This document shows positions 28,078 through 37,311 of a stretch of 64,000 bases of DNA, in pieces. The position numbers and the translations under genes were made by a program. Every line of letters begins with the position of its first letter. The first letter of the stretch is position 1. The notes beneath the pieces were generated by a model. That model made no database searches. It saw only the letters and a program-made list of their open reading frames with translations, and was not told the DNA's origin. The stretch comes from Verrucomicrobiota bacterium (GTDB taxonomy: Bacteria > Verrucomicrobiota > Verrucomicrobiia > Opitutales > Cerasicoccaceae), in NCBI GenBank assembly GCA_039818205.1, contig JBCBUK010000011.1:86013-150012 (forward strand), read 5' to 3'.

Positions 28078-29997
28078 TTGCCAAATGTAAGTTTCGGCTT
28101 TTCTCACCCTAGCATCCCTTCTTATGGTGAAGGCTTGGAACGGAAACCGCAGCGTTTGAAGGATTCAATTCGTTGGTTGTCGCAATCAAACCAACTCGAC
28201 TTCTTTCCGCTACCCAAACAGCTACGCGGATACAATACCACTACCGCCGGTGGCGATCTGCGTGCCGGGTTGAATGTGGCTCTATTGGCCTTCCCGCAGG
28301 GTATGGCTTACGCATTGATTGCGGGACTTCCCATTGAGTATGGGATCTATGGTTCGGCGATCGCCGCGATCGTGGCATCGTTCTTTGCGGGGTCTCGCTT
28401 CATCACGCTGGGGCCAACCAATGCGACATCGGTTACCTTGGCATCGGCAATGGCTGCATTAGGGATCATGGATGAAAACGCGCGGGCAGCGCTTTTACCG
28501 CTGCTGTTGCTCATGATCGGTTTTTTTCTGGTGGTTGGGGCCTACCTCCGAGTGGCGAGCGTCATCCAGTATATTTCCCGTACGGTGGTCACTGGATACA
28601 TTACGGCGGCGTCGTTGCTGATTATTGTTGGGCAAGCGAAGAATGCCTTGGGGATCGATTTCAGCCCGGAGGAGAAGCAACTGGCGACGACGTTTTTTGA
28701 AAAGTTGATTGTGACGATCAAGCATCTGCCTGAATTGCAGTTGGAGTCAGCCGCACTCAGTGTGATTACAGCGCTATTGTTTATTGGGCTACAGAAGAAG
28801 CTTCGGGCCTTGCCGAATGTGGCGATTACGATGGTGACCGTTTCAGCGATTGCGGTCGGCTTAACGGCCCTGGCCAATAATGTATTTCCCGACTCCGCGT
28901 TCCAGCGAAACTGGAGTGGTGACGATATTCGATGGCTTAACGAAGTCGATGCATCGGCCTGGCCGTTTACTATTCCGAGTCTGCAGTTTGATTCGATTGC
29001 CCAACTCGCCGGTGTTGCCTTTGCCATTTCGTTATTGTGCGTTTTGGAGGGAACCAGCATTGGAAAAAGTCTGGCCGCACGATCGGGCGAGAAACTGGAT
29101 GGGAGCCAGGAGATGTTCTCGATTGGTATGTCAAATATAGCCTGCGGCTTTTTCGGCGGCATGCCAGCATCCGGTTCGCTCACTCGCTCACAGCTTTCCT
29201 GGAGTAGTGGCGGGCGCACGCCATTGGCCTCGTTGTTTAGCGGCATCTTGGTCGCGATTGGGGCATTCGTGCTGGGACCATATATTCGCTTTATACCGCA
29301 GTCCGTATTGGCGGTTTTGGTTATCTTTATCGGCATCGGCTTGTTTAATCGGCACGCAATTAAAATCGTGACCCGAGCAACGCGTAGTGATCGCGCGGTA
29401 TTTTTTACCACCTGTATCGCTGGATTGTTGATTCCGTTGGACACCGCCATTTACCTCGGCGCGAGCTTGAGCATTGTCCTTTTCTTGCGCAAGGCGGCGA
29501 CGCCTGAGCTTGCGGAGTATGGCTTTACCGAAGAAGGACAGTTGGCGCAGGTCGACGAGAAGACCGAACAGAATGCCGAGATCTCGATTGTGCACGTAGA
29601 AGGTGATTTGTTTTTTGGGGCTGCCGAGATTTTTGATGAGCAGATGCGCCGGGTTTGCGAGCAGCCCAACTTGAAAATCGTGGTGCTGAAGATGCGAAAC
29701 GCACGCCACCTGGATGCGACGTCGGCGATGGCAATCGAGGAGTTGGTTGGCTACATGAACGAGCGTGACCGCACCTTGATATTGAGCGAGTGCCGAGAGG
29801 AGTGTATGCGCACGCTTAGGCAGTCCGGTGTCATGGATACCTTGAACGAGAAGAATGTTTTTCCCGATACCACTAGCAATCCAACCATGTCCACAGCGAA
29901 GGCGCTGCGCCGCGCGCAGGAGATCCTGGGGGATCAGATGGTCGATGTGAAGATCTACGTGAACCCAAACAAACGAAAGAAAGTCGGAGAGGATTAG
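28078..29997 (+). CDS. SulP family anion transporter with STAS domain (start uncertain)
   Basis: DLRAGLNVALLAFPQGMAYA, GPTNA, GSLTRS, GDLFFGAA. Confidence 0.92.
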   Translation: MPNVSFGFSHPSIPSYGEGLERKPQRLKDSIRWLSQSNQLDFFPLPKQLRGYNTTTAGGDLRAGLNVALLAFPQGMAYALIAGLPIEYGIYGSAIAAIVASFFAGSRFITLGPTNATSVTLASAMAALGIMDENARAALLPLLLLMIGFFLVVGAYLRVASVIQYISRTVVTGYITAASLLIIVGQAKNALGIDFSPEEKQLATTFFEKLIVTIKHLPELQLESAALSVITALLFIGLQKKLRALPNVAITMVTVSAIAVGLTALANNVFPDSAFQRNWSGDDIRWLNEVDASAWPFTIPSLQFDSIAQLAGVAFAISLLCVLEGTSIGKSLAARSGEKLDGSQEMFSIGMSNIACGFFGGMPASGSLTRSQLSWSSGGRTPLASLFSGILVAIGAFVLGPYIRFIPQSVLAVLVIFIGIGLFNRHAIKIVTRATRSDRAVFFTTCIAGLLIPLDTAIYLGASLSIVLFLRKAATPELAEYGFTEEGQLAQVDEKTEQNAEISIVHVEGDLFFGAAEIFDEQMRRVCEQPNLKIVVLKMRNARHLDATSAMAIEELVGYMNERDRTLILSECREECMRTLRQSGVMDTLNEKNVFPDTTSNPTMSTAKALRRAQEILGDQMVDVKIYVNPNKRKKVGED

Positions 29998-30034
29998 CCA
30001 AGCTTTGCATCGCAAAGTTTTTGGTAAAGAAGGT

Positions 30035-30859
30035 ATGCCAGAACTTGCAGAAGTTGAATATTTTCGCCAGCGCTGGGACGCGGGTATTGGGCACAAGGTG
30101 TTGGCGATCGAGACCCACGCGGATACTCGAATCTTTCGAGAAGTCGCATCCGAAGAGCTTGCGAGTGCGTTGACAGGTGAGACTCTGATTGGCTCTGAAG
30201 CGCAGGCCAAGCAGATGCTGTTTGCCTTCTCAGGCAATCATTGGCTCGGATTGCACCTTGGGATGACCGGTAGATTACTCTGCGAGGCAAAGTCTTATGA
30301 GATTGGAAAATGGGATCATTTCGTTTTGCGCCAAGACACGCAAAGCTTGGTGTTTCGTGATCCGCGCCAGTTCGGGCTTTTGAAGTGGCACGAGGGAGGT
30401 GACCCACCCCCTTGGTGGGCCGCGCTTCCGCCGCCGGTGTTGTCAGGCGGGTTCACGCTGGACCTCATGGAGGCATTTCTCAAACGCCGCTCCAAGTCGC
30501 CCATCAAAGCCGTCCTCCTGATGCAGGATCGATTTCCAGGCATTGGCAATTGGATGGCGGATGAGATCTTGTGGCGCGCAAAGATTCATCCATCAACGAA
30601 GTCTTTCCAACTCGATGGGCCTCAACGTGGCGCTCTCTTTGAAAAGCTACAGGAGGTTGCCCGTGACGCGCTGCAGGCAATCGCCGGAGTAGGGGAGGCG
30701 GCACCTCCGGCGGACCTGAATGTAAACATCCCGCAAGGCTGGTTGTTCTGGCACCGCTGGAAAGACGGTGGATTTTGCCCAATCGACGGTGAAGCTTTGC
30801 AACGCAAAGCTATTGGTGGGCGTACCGGCTGTTGGTGCCCCGTTTGTCAGCCAGAATGA
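30035..30859 (+). CDS. mutM: Fpg/Nei family DNA glycosylase
   Basis: N-terminal MPELAEV, HLGMTG, DPRQFG, GIGNWMADE, C-terminal zinc finger CPVCQ. Confidence 0.88.
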   Translation: MPELAEVEYFRQRWDAGIGHKVLAIETHADTRIFREVASEELASALTGETLIGSEAQAKQMLFAFSGNHWLGLHLGMTGRLLCEAKSYEIGKWDHFVLRQDTQSLVFRDPRQFGLLKWHEGGDPPPWWAALPPPVLSGGFTLDLMEAFLKRRSKSPIKAVLLMQDRFPGIGNWMADEILWRAKIHPSTKSFQLDGPQRGALFEKLQEVARDALQAIAGVGEAAPPADLNVNIPQGWLFWHRWKDGGFCPIDGEALQRKAIGGRTGCWCPVCQPE

Positions 30860-30862
30860 TTG

Positions 30863-32050
30863 CTACGCAAGGATTGGCTCTTGCGCAGGGGCGTTTTCGG
30901 GATTCACAGCCTTCTTGCCGGCGACGAGCGGATAGCGATACTCGTTGCCTTCGAAGTTGCGCATCACCACTTCCTCGTCGGTAATCTTTTCCACATAGTC
31001 TGGATTGATCGGCACCTTCCCGCCGCCGCCAGGCGCATCGATTACGAATTGAGGAATCGCATAGCCGGTGGTGTGTCCGCGCAGGTGCTGGATGATCTCG
31101 ATCCCCTTGCGCACATCCGCTCGAAGGTGATGGCTGCCCGTGATCAAATCACATTGGTAAAGGTAGTAAGGCCGCACGCGCATCATCAGTAGCCGGTGGA
31201 CAAGCGACTTCATGATTTCGGGGTCATCGTTGACCTCACGCAGGAGCACCGATTGGTTACCCAAAGGAACCCCGGCAAAGCTTAGGCGCTCGGTAGCTTG
31301 ATAGAGCTCTTCCGTGCATTCGTTCGGATGGTTCACGTGGATACTCATCCAAATTGGGCCGTGCTTCTTAAGGATTTCGCACAGCTCAGGAGTGATGCGC
31401 TGGGGCAGGAAAATCGGAATGCGCGAGCCGATCCGAATAAACTCAACATGAGGAATCGCGCGCAGCTGCCCGAGCAGGTAATCGAGCTTATTGTCTGAAA
31501 GCAGGAGCGGGTCGCCCCCAGAAAGGAGTACATCCCGTATTTCCGGATGTTCCCGAATATACTGCAGGCCGCTCTCAAATTCGGGGTGAAAGTTGTAATC
31601 CTGTGCATTGGATACGAGGCGACTGCGGGTGCAATAGCGACAGTAGGATGCGCAGCGGTCCGTCACCAAAAACAAGACGCGATCGGGATACCGGTGGACG
31701 ATCCCTTGAACGGGCATCGTTCCTTCCTCGCCAACGGGGTCCAACAACTCCTCAGGTGAGGTAACGCTTTCTTCGCCACGAGGGATGATCTGACGGCGAA
31801 TCGGATCATGCGGATCGTTGACGTCCATCAGGTTGAAGAAATAAGGCGTGATCGCGAGGGCGAGTTTCTGCTTCGAAAAATAGCACCCGGCCTTCTCCTC
31901 TGGAGTCAGGTCAATAAATTTCTCTAGGCGCTCAACGGTGGTAATCCGGTTTTTGAGCTGCCATTTCCAATTCTGCCAGTCTTCGGCAGATACGTCAGCC
32001 CAATGGCCTTGGCCTTGGAACCAGTTCGATTTGGCGTCTTTCGGTTGCAT
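30863..32050 (-). CDS. KamA family radical SAM enzyme (lysine 2,3-aminomutase-like)
   Basis: HRYPDRVL, CASYCRYC, LSGGDPL, DAPGGGGKVP (PLP lysine). Confidence 0.9.
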   Translation of the reverse strand: MQPKDAKSNWFQGQGHWADVSAEDWQNWKWQLKNRITTVERLEKFIDLTPEEKAGCYFSKQKLALAITPYFFNLMDVNDPHDPIRRQIIPRGEESVTSPEELLDPVGEEGTMPVQGIVHRYPDRVLFLVTDRCASYCRYCTRSRLVSNAQDYNFHPEFESGLQYIREHPEIRDVLLSGGDPLLLSDNKLDYLLGQLRAIPHVEFIRIGSRIPIFLPQRITPELCEILKKHGPIWMSIHVNHPNECTEELYQATERLSFAGVPLGNQSVLLREVNDDPEIMKSLVHRLLMMRVRPYYLYQCDLITGSHHLRADVRKGIEIIQHLRGHTTGYAIPQFVIDAPGGGGKVPINPDYVEKITDEEVVMRNFEGNEYRYPLVAGKKAVNPENAPAQEPILA

Positions 32051-32092
32051 GGTAGGCTATCACAAAAGCAGGTTTCCGAAATATTGCAAATG

Positions 32093-32114
32093 TGAATTTA
32101 AATATTTAAATTCA
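32093..32114. promoter_or_regulatory. Perfect 22-bp palindrome, probable ArsR-type operator
   Basis: TGAATTTAAATATTTAAATTCA in the divergent kamA/arsR spacer. Confidence 0.65.
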
Positions 32115-32175
32115 TCTATACATTTGCCAAGCGTGTCCAATTCTGCTTAATTGATAACTTATTCCAAAATCGACG

Positions 32176-32490
32176 ATGGCGAAAGACGTAGAACAGTTGG
32201 CGACCCAGCTCTGGGCGATCGGGGATGCGACCCGGTTGAAGATTTTGCAGATGCTTCCCGACACGGCTGACTGCGAAAGTAGCAAGAACGTCTCGCAACT
32301 TGCCGAGAAGCTAAACTTGTCCCAACCGACGGTTTCCCATCACCTCCGCGTTTTGCGGCAGGCCGGTATCGTGTCGCATAAGAAGGCGTGTCGGGATTGT
32401 TACTACTGGGTCGACCGCGACGCAGCGAGCGATGTGATTGAGCGGCTGGACTGCTTGCTGGGCGTATCAAGCCCATCCGTCGCCGACTGA
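32176..32490 (+). CDS. ArsR/SmtB family transcriptional regulator
   Basis: AIGDATRLKIL, LSQPTVSHHLRVLRQAGIV. Confidence 0.92.
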   Translation: MAKDVEQLATQLWAIGDATRLKILQMLPDTADCESSKNVSQLAEKLNLSQPTVSHHLRVLRQAGIVSHKKACRDCYYWVDRDAASDVIERLDCLLGVSSPSVAD

Positions 32491-32561
32491 TTGCTTCTTT
32501 CGGCTGATGCGTCAGTTTGGTCTGGCCTGGTGCAATCAGGCGCAGTCTACTCATTTCCGCT

Positions 32562-34883
32562 ATGCGCATTCATCCAGGAGAACGCCGCGTGACGCTTAGT
32601 GCGCGCGAGTTGGCGGAGTTTCGGCTCGGCCCAGAATCCGGGCGCGGGTTCACTGGCCGATGGCGCACCGCGCTCGGTACGGCGTGGCACAAGGACATGG
32701 AGACGCTCACCGCGGAATCGACGCCCGATGCCCGCTTCGAGGTAACGATTTCTGGGATACTCCGCCGCAAGAATTGGACCGTGGAGGTGAATGGTCGCAT
32801 CGACCAAGTGATTGATGGCAATGGCTTTACGCTGCTGCGTGAGGTGAAGACGACCTCTCGTCCGTTACCGATGGCTAACGAAGACCTCGCCAACGCTTAT
32901 CCCGAGTATCGTCGGCAGATAGCCGTTTATTGTTTGCTCGCGGCTCTCGATGAGTCCTTTGGCACCGATATCCGGGGTGAGTTACTATTTGTCTCGATTG
33001 GCGATGGAATTCGTCAGACGCTCGCGCTTGAGGATTCTCCCGATGCCGTCCTTGAACAGCAGTTTGACCGAATTATCGGCTTTTGTGAGGAGCAGGCTCA
33101 CCGGCGAGAGCGCCTATCACCCACCGAGTTTAAGCCCGCGTTTGCAACTTTTCGTCCGGAACAGATTAAGCTTCGGAGGGAGCTTCAGGAGTCCTCTACC
33201 GCCGCGTCTGTCCGGCTGCTTGAGGCACCAACAGGCTTTGGTAAAACGGGCATTGCCTTGCAGCATGCCCTGGAGAATCTACGCGATGGCCTCTGTGATC
33301 GAATCATCTATCTAACAGGAAAATCTACCGGCCAACATCAGGCGATACGGCAGTTGAAGGCAATGATACCGAGCGGTGGCGATTTGCGTTACCTCCAGCT
33401 CCGGAGCAAGCGGGAGCACGCCATCACGACGCCGCGGCATGACTGCAGTCGCCCGGAATCCTGCCTGGAGGGCATCGAGACCGCCTGGGAAGAATCGGAT
33501 ATCAGCCCGGCGGCGCTCTTGGCCGACGGTAAGGTGGGTGTGGATGATTTGCGGCAGTTAGGTGCGCTGACCGGGGTTTGCCCATTCGAAATCGCCAAGG
33601 CCTGTTTGCCTTTCGCCGAAGTCTGGATCTGCGACTATAACTATGTATTCTCTCCCTTGCACCGCAGCGTGCTTTTCGGGGTGATGGGCTTTGACCCGTC
33701 GCAGACCTTACTCATCGTTGACGAAGCCCATAATCTACCCTCACGCGTTGCCGATAATTTTTCGTTTGCAGATAGTGCATCTGAAGCGGAGAGCCTGGCC
33801 GCCGAATTGCGCGGGACAGATCAACCGTATAAACTCGTGCAGACTGCCGATGCTTGGGCGGAATTCCTCGCAACCTTAAAGGAAAAAGATGCCCATCCGG
33901 CGACCGTCGAATACGAAGCGCTCGATCTTCTCGAACACCTTGCTGATGCCATGGGGCAGGGGCCAATCGAGTTCGAAGCGTTGAGTCCCGCGGCGCGTGA
34001 CCACCTATTTCGATTTACATCCTACCGCGATTTTATGGCGGATAGTCGCTTCCCCCGCCTGCTTTGGTCGCCGCGTCGGGGCAGCTTGCGGGTGACCTGC
34101 CTGGATGTGGCACCGCACCTCAAGGACACGATGGACAGCTATTCCAGCGTGCTGCTAATGTCGGCCACCTTGAGTCCTGAAAAGTCCTACGCGAGCCGCT
34201 TGGGTGTTGAAGCGCCCATGATTCGCGCCGGGGCTCCTTGGCGCGACGATGCGTACCGAGTCGCGGTTGATTGCCGGGTTGACACCCGCCTGCGAACCCG
34301 CGCCAACCATTATGCCGAGACCGCCGAGACGATTCAGGTGCTTTCCCAGCAAGGGAGCTCACCCGTTGCGGTCTTCTTTCCAAGCTATCAGTACGCGGAA
34401 ACGATCCAAGCCTACCTGAGCGAAATGGATTCACTGCTGCGCGTTGCCATGCAGCCGCGGTCCGTCGATCTGAATGGTCAGCTAATGTTTGTTGAAGACA
34501 GTTTGCTGACGGCGCATGTGTTGTTTTTCGTATTGGGCAGTAGCTTTAGCGAGAGCATCGACCACCTGGGCGGACGGATTGAACACGCCATGATTGTCGG
34601 CCCGGCCTTGCCGGAGGTAAATCCCGTGCAGAAAGCGCGCATGCAGCAATGTGACCATAGTGGGCGCCAGCACGCATTTCGCGAGGTCTATCAGCTGCCC
34701 GCGATGACCAAGATTAACCAAGCCTTGGGGCGTTTGGTTCGGGGCCCTGGGCAATCCACACAGGTGATTTTACATTGCAAGCGTTTTGCCGATGCCAGCT
34801 ATCAGGAACTCCTGGCACCCGAATACGCAACCGATGTGCACATCTCCAACTATGATGAGCTCATTCAATGGCTTTCCACTTGA
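32562..34883 (+). CDS. DinG/XPD-family helicase with an N-terminal PD-(D/E)XK (Cas4-like) nuclease domain
   Basis: GTAWH..GRID..EVKTT..QIAVY; APTGFGKT, DEAHNL, QALGRLVR. Confidence 0.85.
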   Translation: MRIHPGERRVTLSARELAEFRLGPESGRGFTGRWRTALGTAWHKDMETLTAESTPDARFEVTISGILRRKNWTVEVNGRIDQVIDGNGFTLLREVKTTSRPLPMANEDLANAYPEYRRQIAVYCLLAALDESFGTDIRGELLFVSIGDGIRQTLALEDSPDAVLEQQFDRIIGFCEEQAHRRERLSPTEFKPAFATFRPEQIKLRRELQESSTAASVRLLEAPTGFGKTGIALQHALENLRDGLCDRIIYLTGKSTGQHQAIRQLKAMIPSGGDLRYLQLRSKREHAITTPRHDCSRPESCLEGIETAWEESDISPAALLADGKVGVDDLRQLGALTGVCPFEIAKACLPFAEVWICDYNYVFSPLHRSVLFGVMGFDPSQTLLIVDEAHNLPSRVADNFSFADSASEAESLAAELRGTDQPYKLVQTADAWAEFLATLKEKDAHPATVEYEALDLLEHLADAMGQGPIEFEALSPAARDHLFRFTSYRDFMADSRFPRLLWSPRRGSLRVTCLDVAPHLKDTMDSYSSVLLMSATLSPEKSYASRLGVEAPMIRAGAPWRDDAYRVAVDCRVDTRLRTRANHYAETAETIQVLSQQGSSPVAVFFPSYQYAETIQAYLSEMDSLLRVAMQPRSVDLNGQLMFVEDSLLTAHVLFFVLGSSFSESIDHLGGRIEHAMIVGPALPEVNPVQKARMQQCDHSGRQHAFREVYQLPAMTKINQALGRLVRGPGQSTQVILHCKRFADASYQELLAPEYATDVHISNYDELIQWLST

Positions 34884-34923
34884 CCCTGTCACAAAACGCA
34901 TCAACATATCCCAATAATTTGAT

Positions 34924-35823
34924 ATGAGTGAATCCCGCAAAATCATTTCTAAGCTCAACGCGAGCCGTCCCGTTTTCTCTGTGGAGTTCTTTCCTCCTAA
35001 GACGGAAGAGGGCGCGCGCCAGATTTTGAGAACCGCGAACGCAATCAAGGACCATAATCCGGATTTTGTTTCGATCACTTACGGAGCTGGCGGATCAAGT
35101 CGAGAGCGGACGATTGATTACGGTGAGCTAATGCGCGATCTTTTTAAGTTCGAAGTCATGCCTCACCTGACTTGTGTCGGGCACTCGCGCGATGATCTCG
35201 CTAAGATTCTTGAGCGTTTTCAGGGTAGCGATTTCCACAACATCATGACTTTGCGGGGAGATCCGCCAAAGGGCCAAAAAGATTTCCAGCCACATCCAGA
35301 CGGCCTGGCCTACGCAAGTGACTTGGTGGGCTTTATTCGCGAACGTTTCCCAGATTTTTGCCTCGGAGTTGCCGGTTACCCAGAAAAACACCCAGAGGCC
35401 ACGGACCTCGATACCGACCTGGCAAATCTGAAAACCAAGGTCGAAGCTGGTGCGGATTTCATCACCACCCAGCTATTTTTCCGCAATGCGGACTACTTTA
35501 GCTTTGTGGAGAAGTGTCGGGCAATTGGCATTGAGATCCCAGTTTTGCCAGGACTATTGACGGCACTCAGCTTCGATCAGGTGAACAAGTTTTGCGGTTT
35601 CTGCGGCGCCAGTGTTCCTCGGGAGCTCGCGGCTAAGCTTGAAGCCGTCAAGGGTGATGACTCAGCCTCCGAATCCGTCGGTGTGGATTGGGCATTCCAG
35701 CAAATTCGCGAACTGCTCGATAAAGGGGCTCCGGGCGTTCACCTTTATATCCTCAATCGCTCGGGTCCGGCGGAAGCGTTTATGCAGAAGCTGCGGGACG
35801 CTGGTTGCGGCTTTGGAGACTAG
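34924..35823 (+). CDS. metF: Methylenetetrahydrofolate reductase
   Basis: SVEFFPPKT, SITYGAGG, HLTCVG, LRGDPP, ITTQLFF. Confidence 0.96.
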   Translation: MSESRKIISKLNASRPVFSVEFFPPKTEEGARQILRTANAIKDHNPDFVSITYGAGGSSRERTIDYGELMRDLFKFEVMPHLTCVGHSRDDLAKILERFQGSDFHNIMTLRGDPPKGQKDFQPHPDGLAYASDLVGFIRERFPDFCLGVAGYPEKHPEATDLDTDLANLKTKVEAGADFITTQLFFRNADYFSFVEKCRAIGIEIPVLPGLLTALSFDQVNKFCGFCGASVPRELAAKLEAVKGDDSASESVGVDWAFQQIRELLDKGAPGVHLYILNRSGPAEAFMQKLRDAGCGFGD

Positions 35824-36242
35824 ATGTCGGCCGCGAGGTCCTCGCGAAAATATTGGGCGAAGTGCTCCAGGATGTCCTGGGGGGGCTTTACGGGTCGACC
35901 TTCTGGACTCATGAACGCGTGCTTCGAGAAACCAGAAGCGAGGAGCTTTTCGTCGCGTCGAACCTCGTAGTCAATGGTCATCCGGAGGCTAGGCGCTTCC
36001 CGCATGAAGCAGGTGACGTCGACATGGTCGTCAAAGTAGGCAGGTTGCTTATAGACCGCATTGATTTCTAACACCGGCAGCAGGTAGCCCCGCTCCTCGA
36101 GGTCGCGGTAGCGGCAGCCAAGCTCTTCTAGCATGACGACGCGGGACATCTCAAACCAGACAAAGTAGTTGGTGTGGTACACGATCCCCATTTTATCTGT
36201 CTCAGCGTAGCGGACCCGGATGCGGCTGGTGGAACTAATCAT
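35820..36242 (-). CDS. YbgC/4HBT family acyl-CoA thioesterase
   Basis: VRYAETDKMGIVYHTNYFVWFE. Confidence 0.9.
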   Translation of the reverse strand: MISSTSRIRVRYAETDKMGIVYHTNYFVWFEMSRVVMLEELGCRYRDLEERGYLLPVLEINAVYKQPAYFDDHVDVTCFMREAPSLRMTIDYEVRRDEKLLASGFSKHAFMSPEGRPVKPPQDILEHFAQYFREDLAADI

Positions 36243-36268
36243 GATTCCATGCTAAGATAGAGGACGCG

Positions 36269-36625
36269 TTGGCCACGCCAAGGAAAACCTTTTGGCTTGG
36301 CCCAGCTAGAAATTCCCTTGAGCATGCTCGATTCAAACGAATGATGAAGATTATCCGGATCGTCTTTTATTGGCTCGCGAGCTTTGTCGCTTATTTTGCG
36401 AGTGTCTTGCTATTTGGCGCAGTCGTTGGCGCGATCTTGTTTGTGCTTTTTGGAGCCATAACCCACCCGCATTTGGAAGTTCCATATCGGTTGGCCAAAG
36501 GCGTGACTAATGGTATGATGCTGGCAACTGTTTGGGGGCCAGCAATTGCGATCGTTCTTTGTTTCATGCAGGGGCATCGGCGTAACCAGGCTAAGCGGCT
36601 TGCATCCCCGGAGGAGCCCGCATGA
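36269..36625 (+). CDS. Small membrane protein (likely start about 36341)
   Basis: Two hydrophobic segments; ATGA overlap with the next gene. Confidence 0.6.
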   Translation: MATPRKTFWLGPARNSLEHARFKRMMKIIRIVFYWLASFVAYFASVLLFGAVVGAILFVLFGAITHPHLEVPYRLAKGVTNGMMLATVWGPAIAIVLCFMQGHRRNQAKRLASPEEPA

Positions 36626-37218
36626 ATTTTAAGGATCGTTTAAAAGTCTTTGGCGTCGGAGTCTTGCTTGGAGGTATCCTGGTCGCGGTCATAAAGAGCC
36701 GCCGTGAGCCGGAGCAGAATGAACGACCATCGGCCAATGCCTATCAATCGCCGGAAGACATTCAACGGGCAGCGGTCCCAGGGATTCTTGAGGCTTACGA
36801 CGAGCGGGGCGTTCCAATGCAGTCAGATTTTATTGCCGCCTCACGATTGTATCCTCACGCAGACGAAAACAAATACGAGCGAGTCTTGGTCCTAAAAGGG
36901 CAGGAGTCCGAGCAGGTATTGCGGATTGTCGAGACGATCAAGAAGCCAGTCGAAGGGCGCGACGAGGGCGAGAAAGTTGTGAATGTTCGGGTGATGTCGG
37001 TCGACCAGGTCCGTGTCGAATTGCATCCAGGTTCACAGTCATCAAAACTGGCTAATGCGATCCGCCCTTGGGGGTATCGTGTGCTGAGGCGGGGCGACCG
37101 GGAGAATGTCTATATCGTGGTACTCAATAGTCAGGAACCGGAGGCGGTGCACGATGCGATTGAGAATTTGCGGACGGTTCCTGAGGTGTCTTATGGCTCG
37201 CCTTACTTCCTGGATTAG
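36622..37218 (+). CDS. Membrane-anchored protein resembling a subtilase (S8) prodomain with no catalytic domain
   Basis: N-terminal anchor; DQVRVELHPG...AIENLRTVPEVSYGSPYF. Confidence 0.55.
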   Translation: MNFKDRLKVFGVGVLLGGILVAVIKSRREPEQNERPSANAYQSPEDIQRAAVPGILEAYDERGVPMQSDFIAASRLYPHADENKYERVLVLKGQESEQVLRIVETIKKPVEGRDEGEKVVNVRVMSVDQVRVELHPGSQSSKLANAIRPWGYRVLRRGDRENVYIVVLNSQEPEAVHDAIENLRTVPEVSYGSPYFLD

Positions 37219-37311
37219 GGGGGCTGCGGTTATAAAAATACCCATATATTGTAACCGTTTATGAGGTGAGTTTGGTTGACATCTTCTTTGATACGATTCA
37301 CCATTGTGTCT

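Noticed and set aside
32562..33100. CRISPR-Cas locus implied by the Cas4-like domain
   Set aside because: No repeat-spacer array or other cas genes seen in the window
34884..34923. SAM riboswitch upstream of metF
   Set aside because: Only 40 nt of intergenic space and no recognisable aptamer
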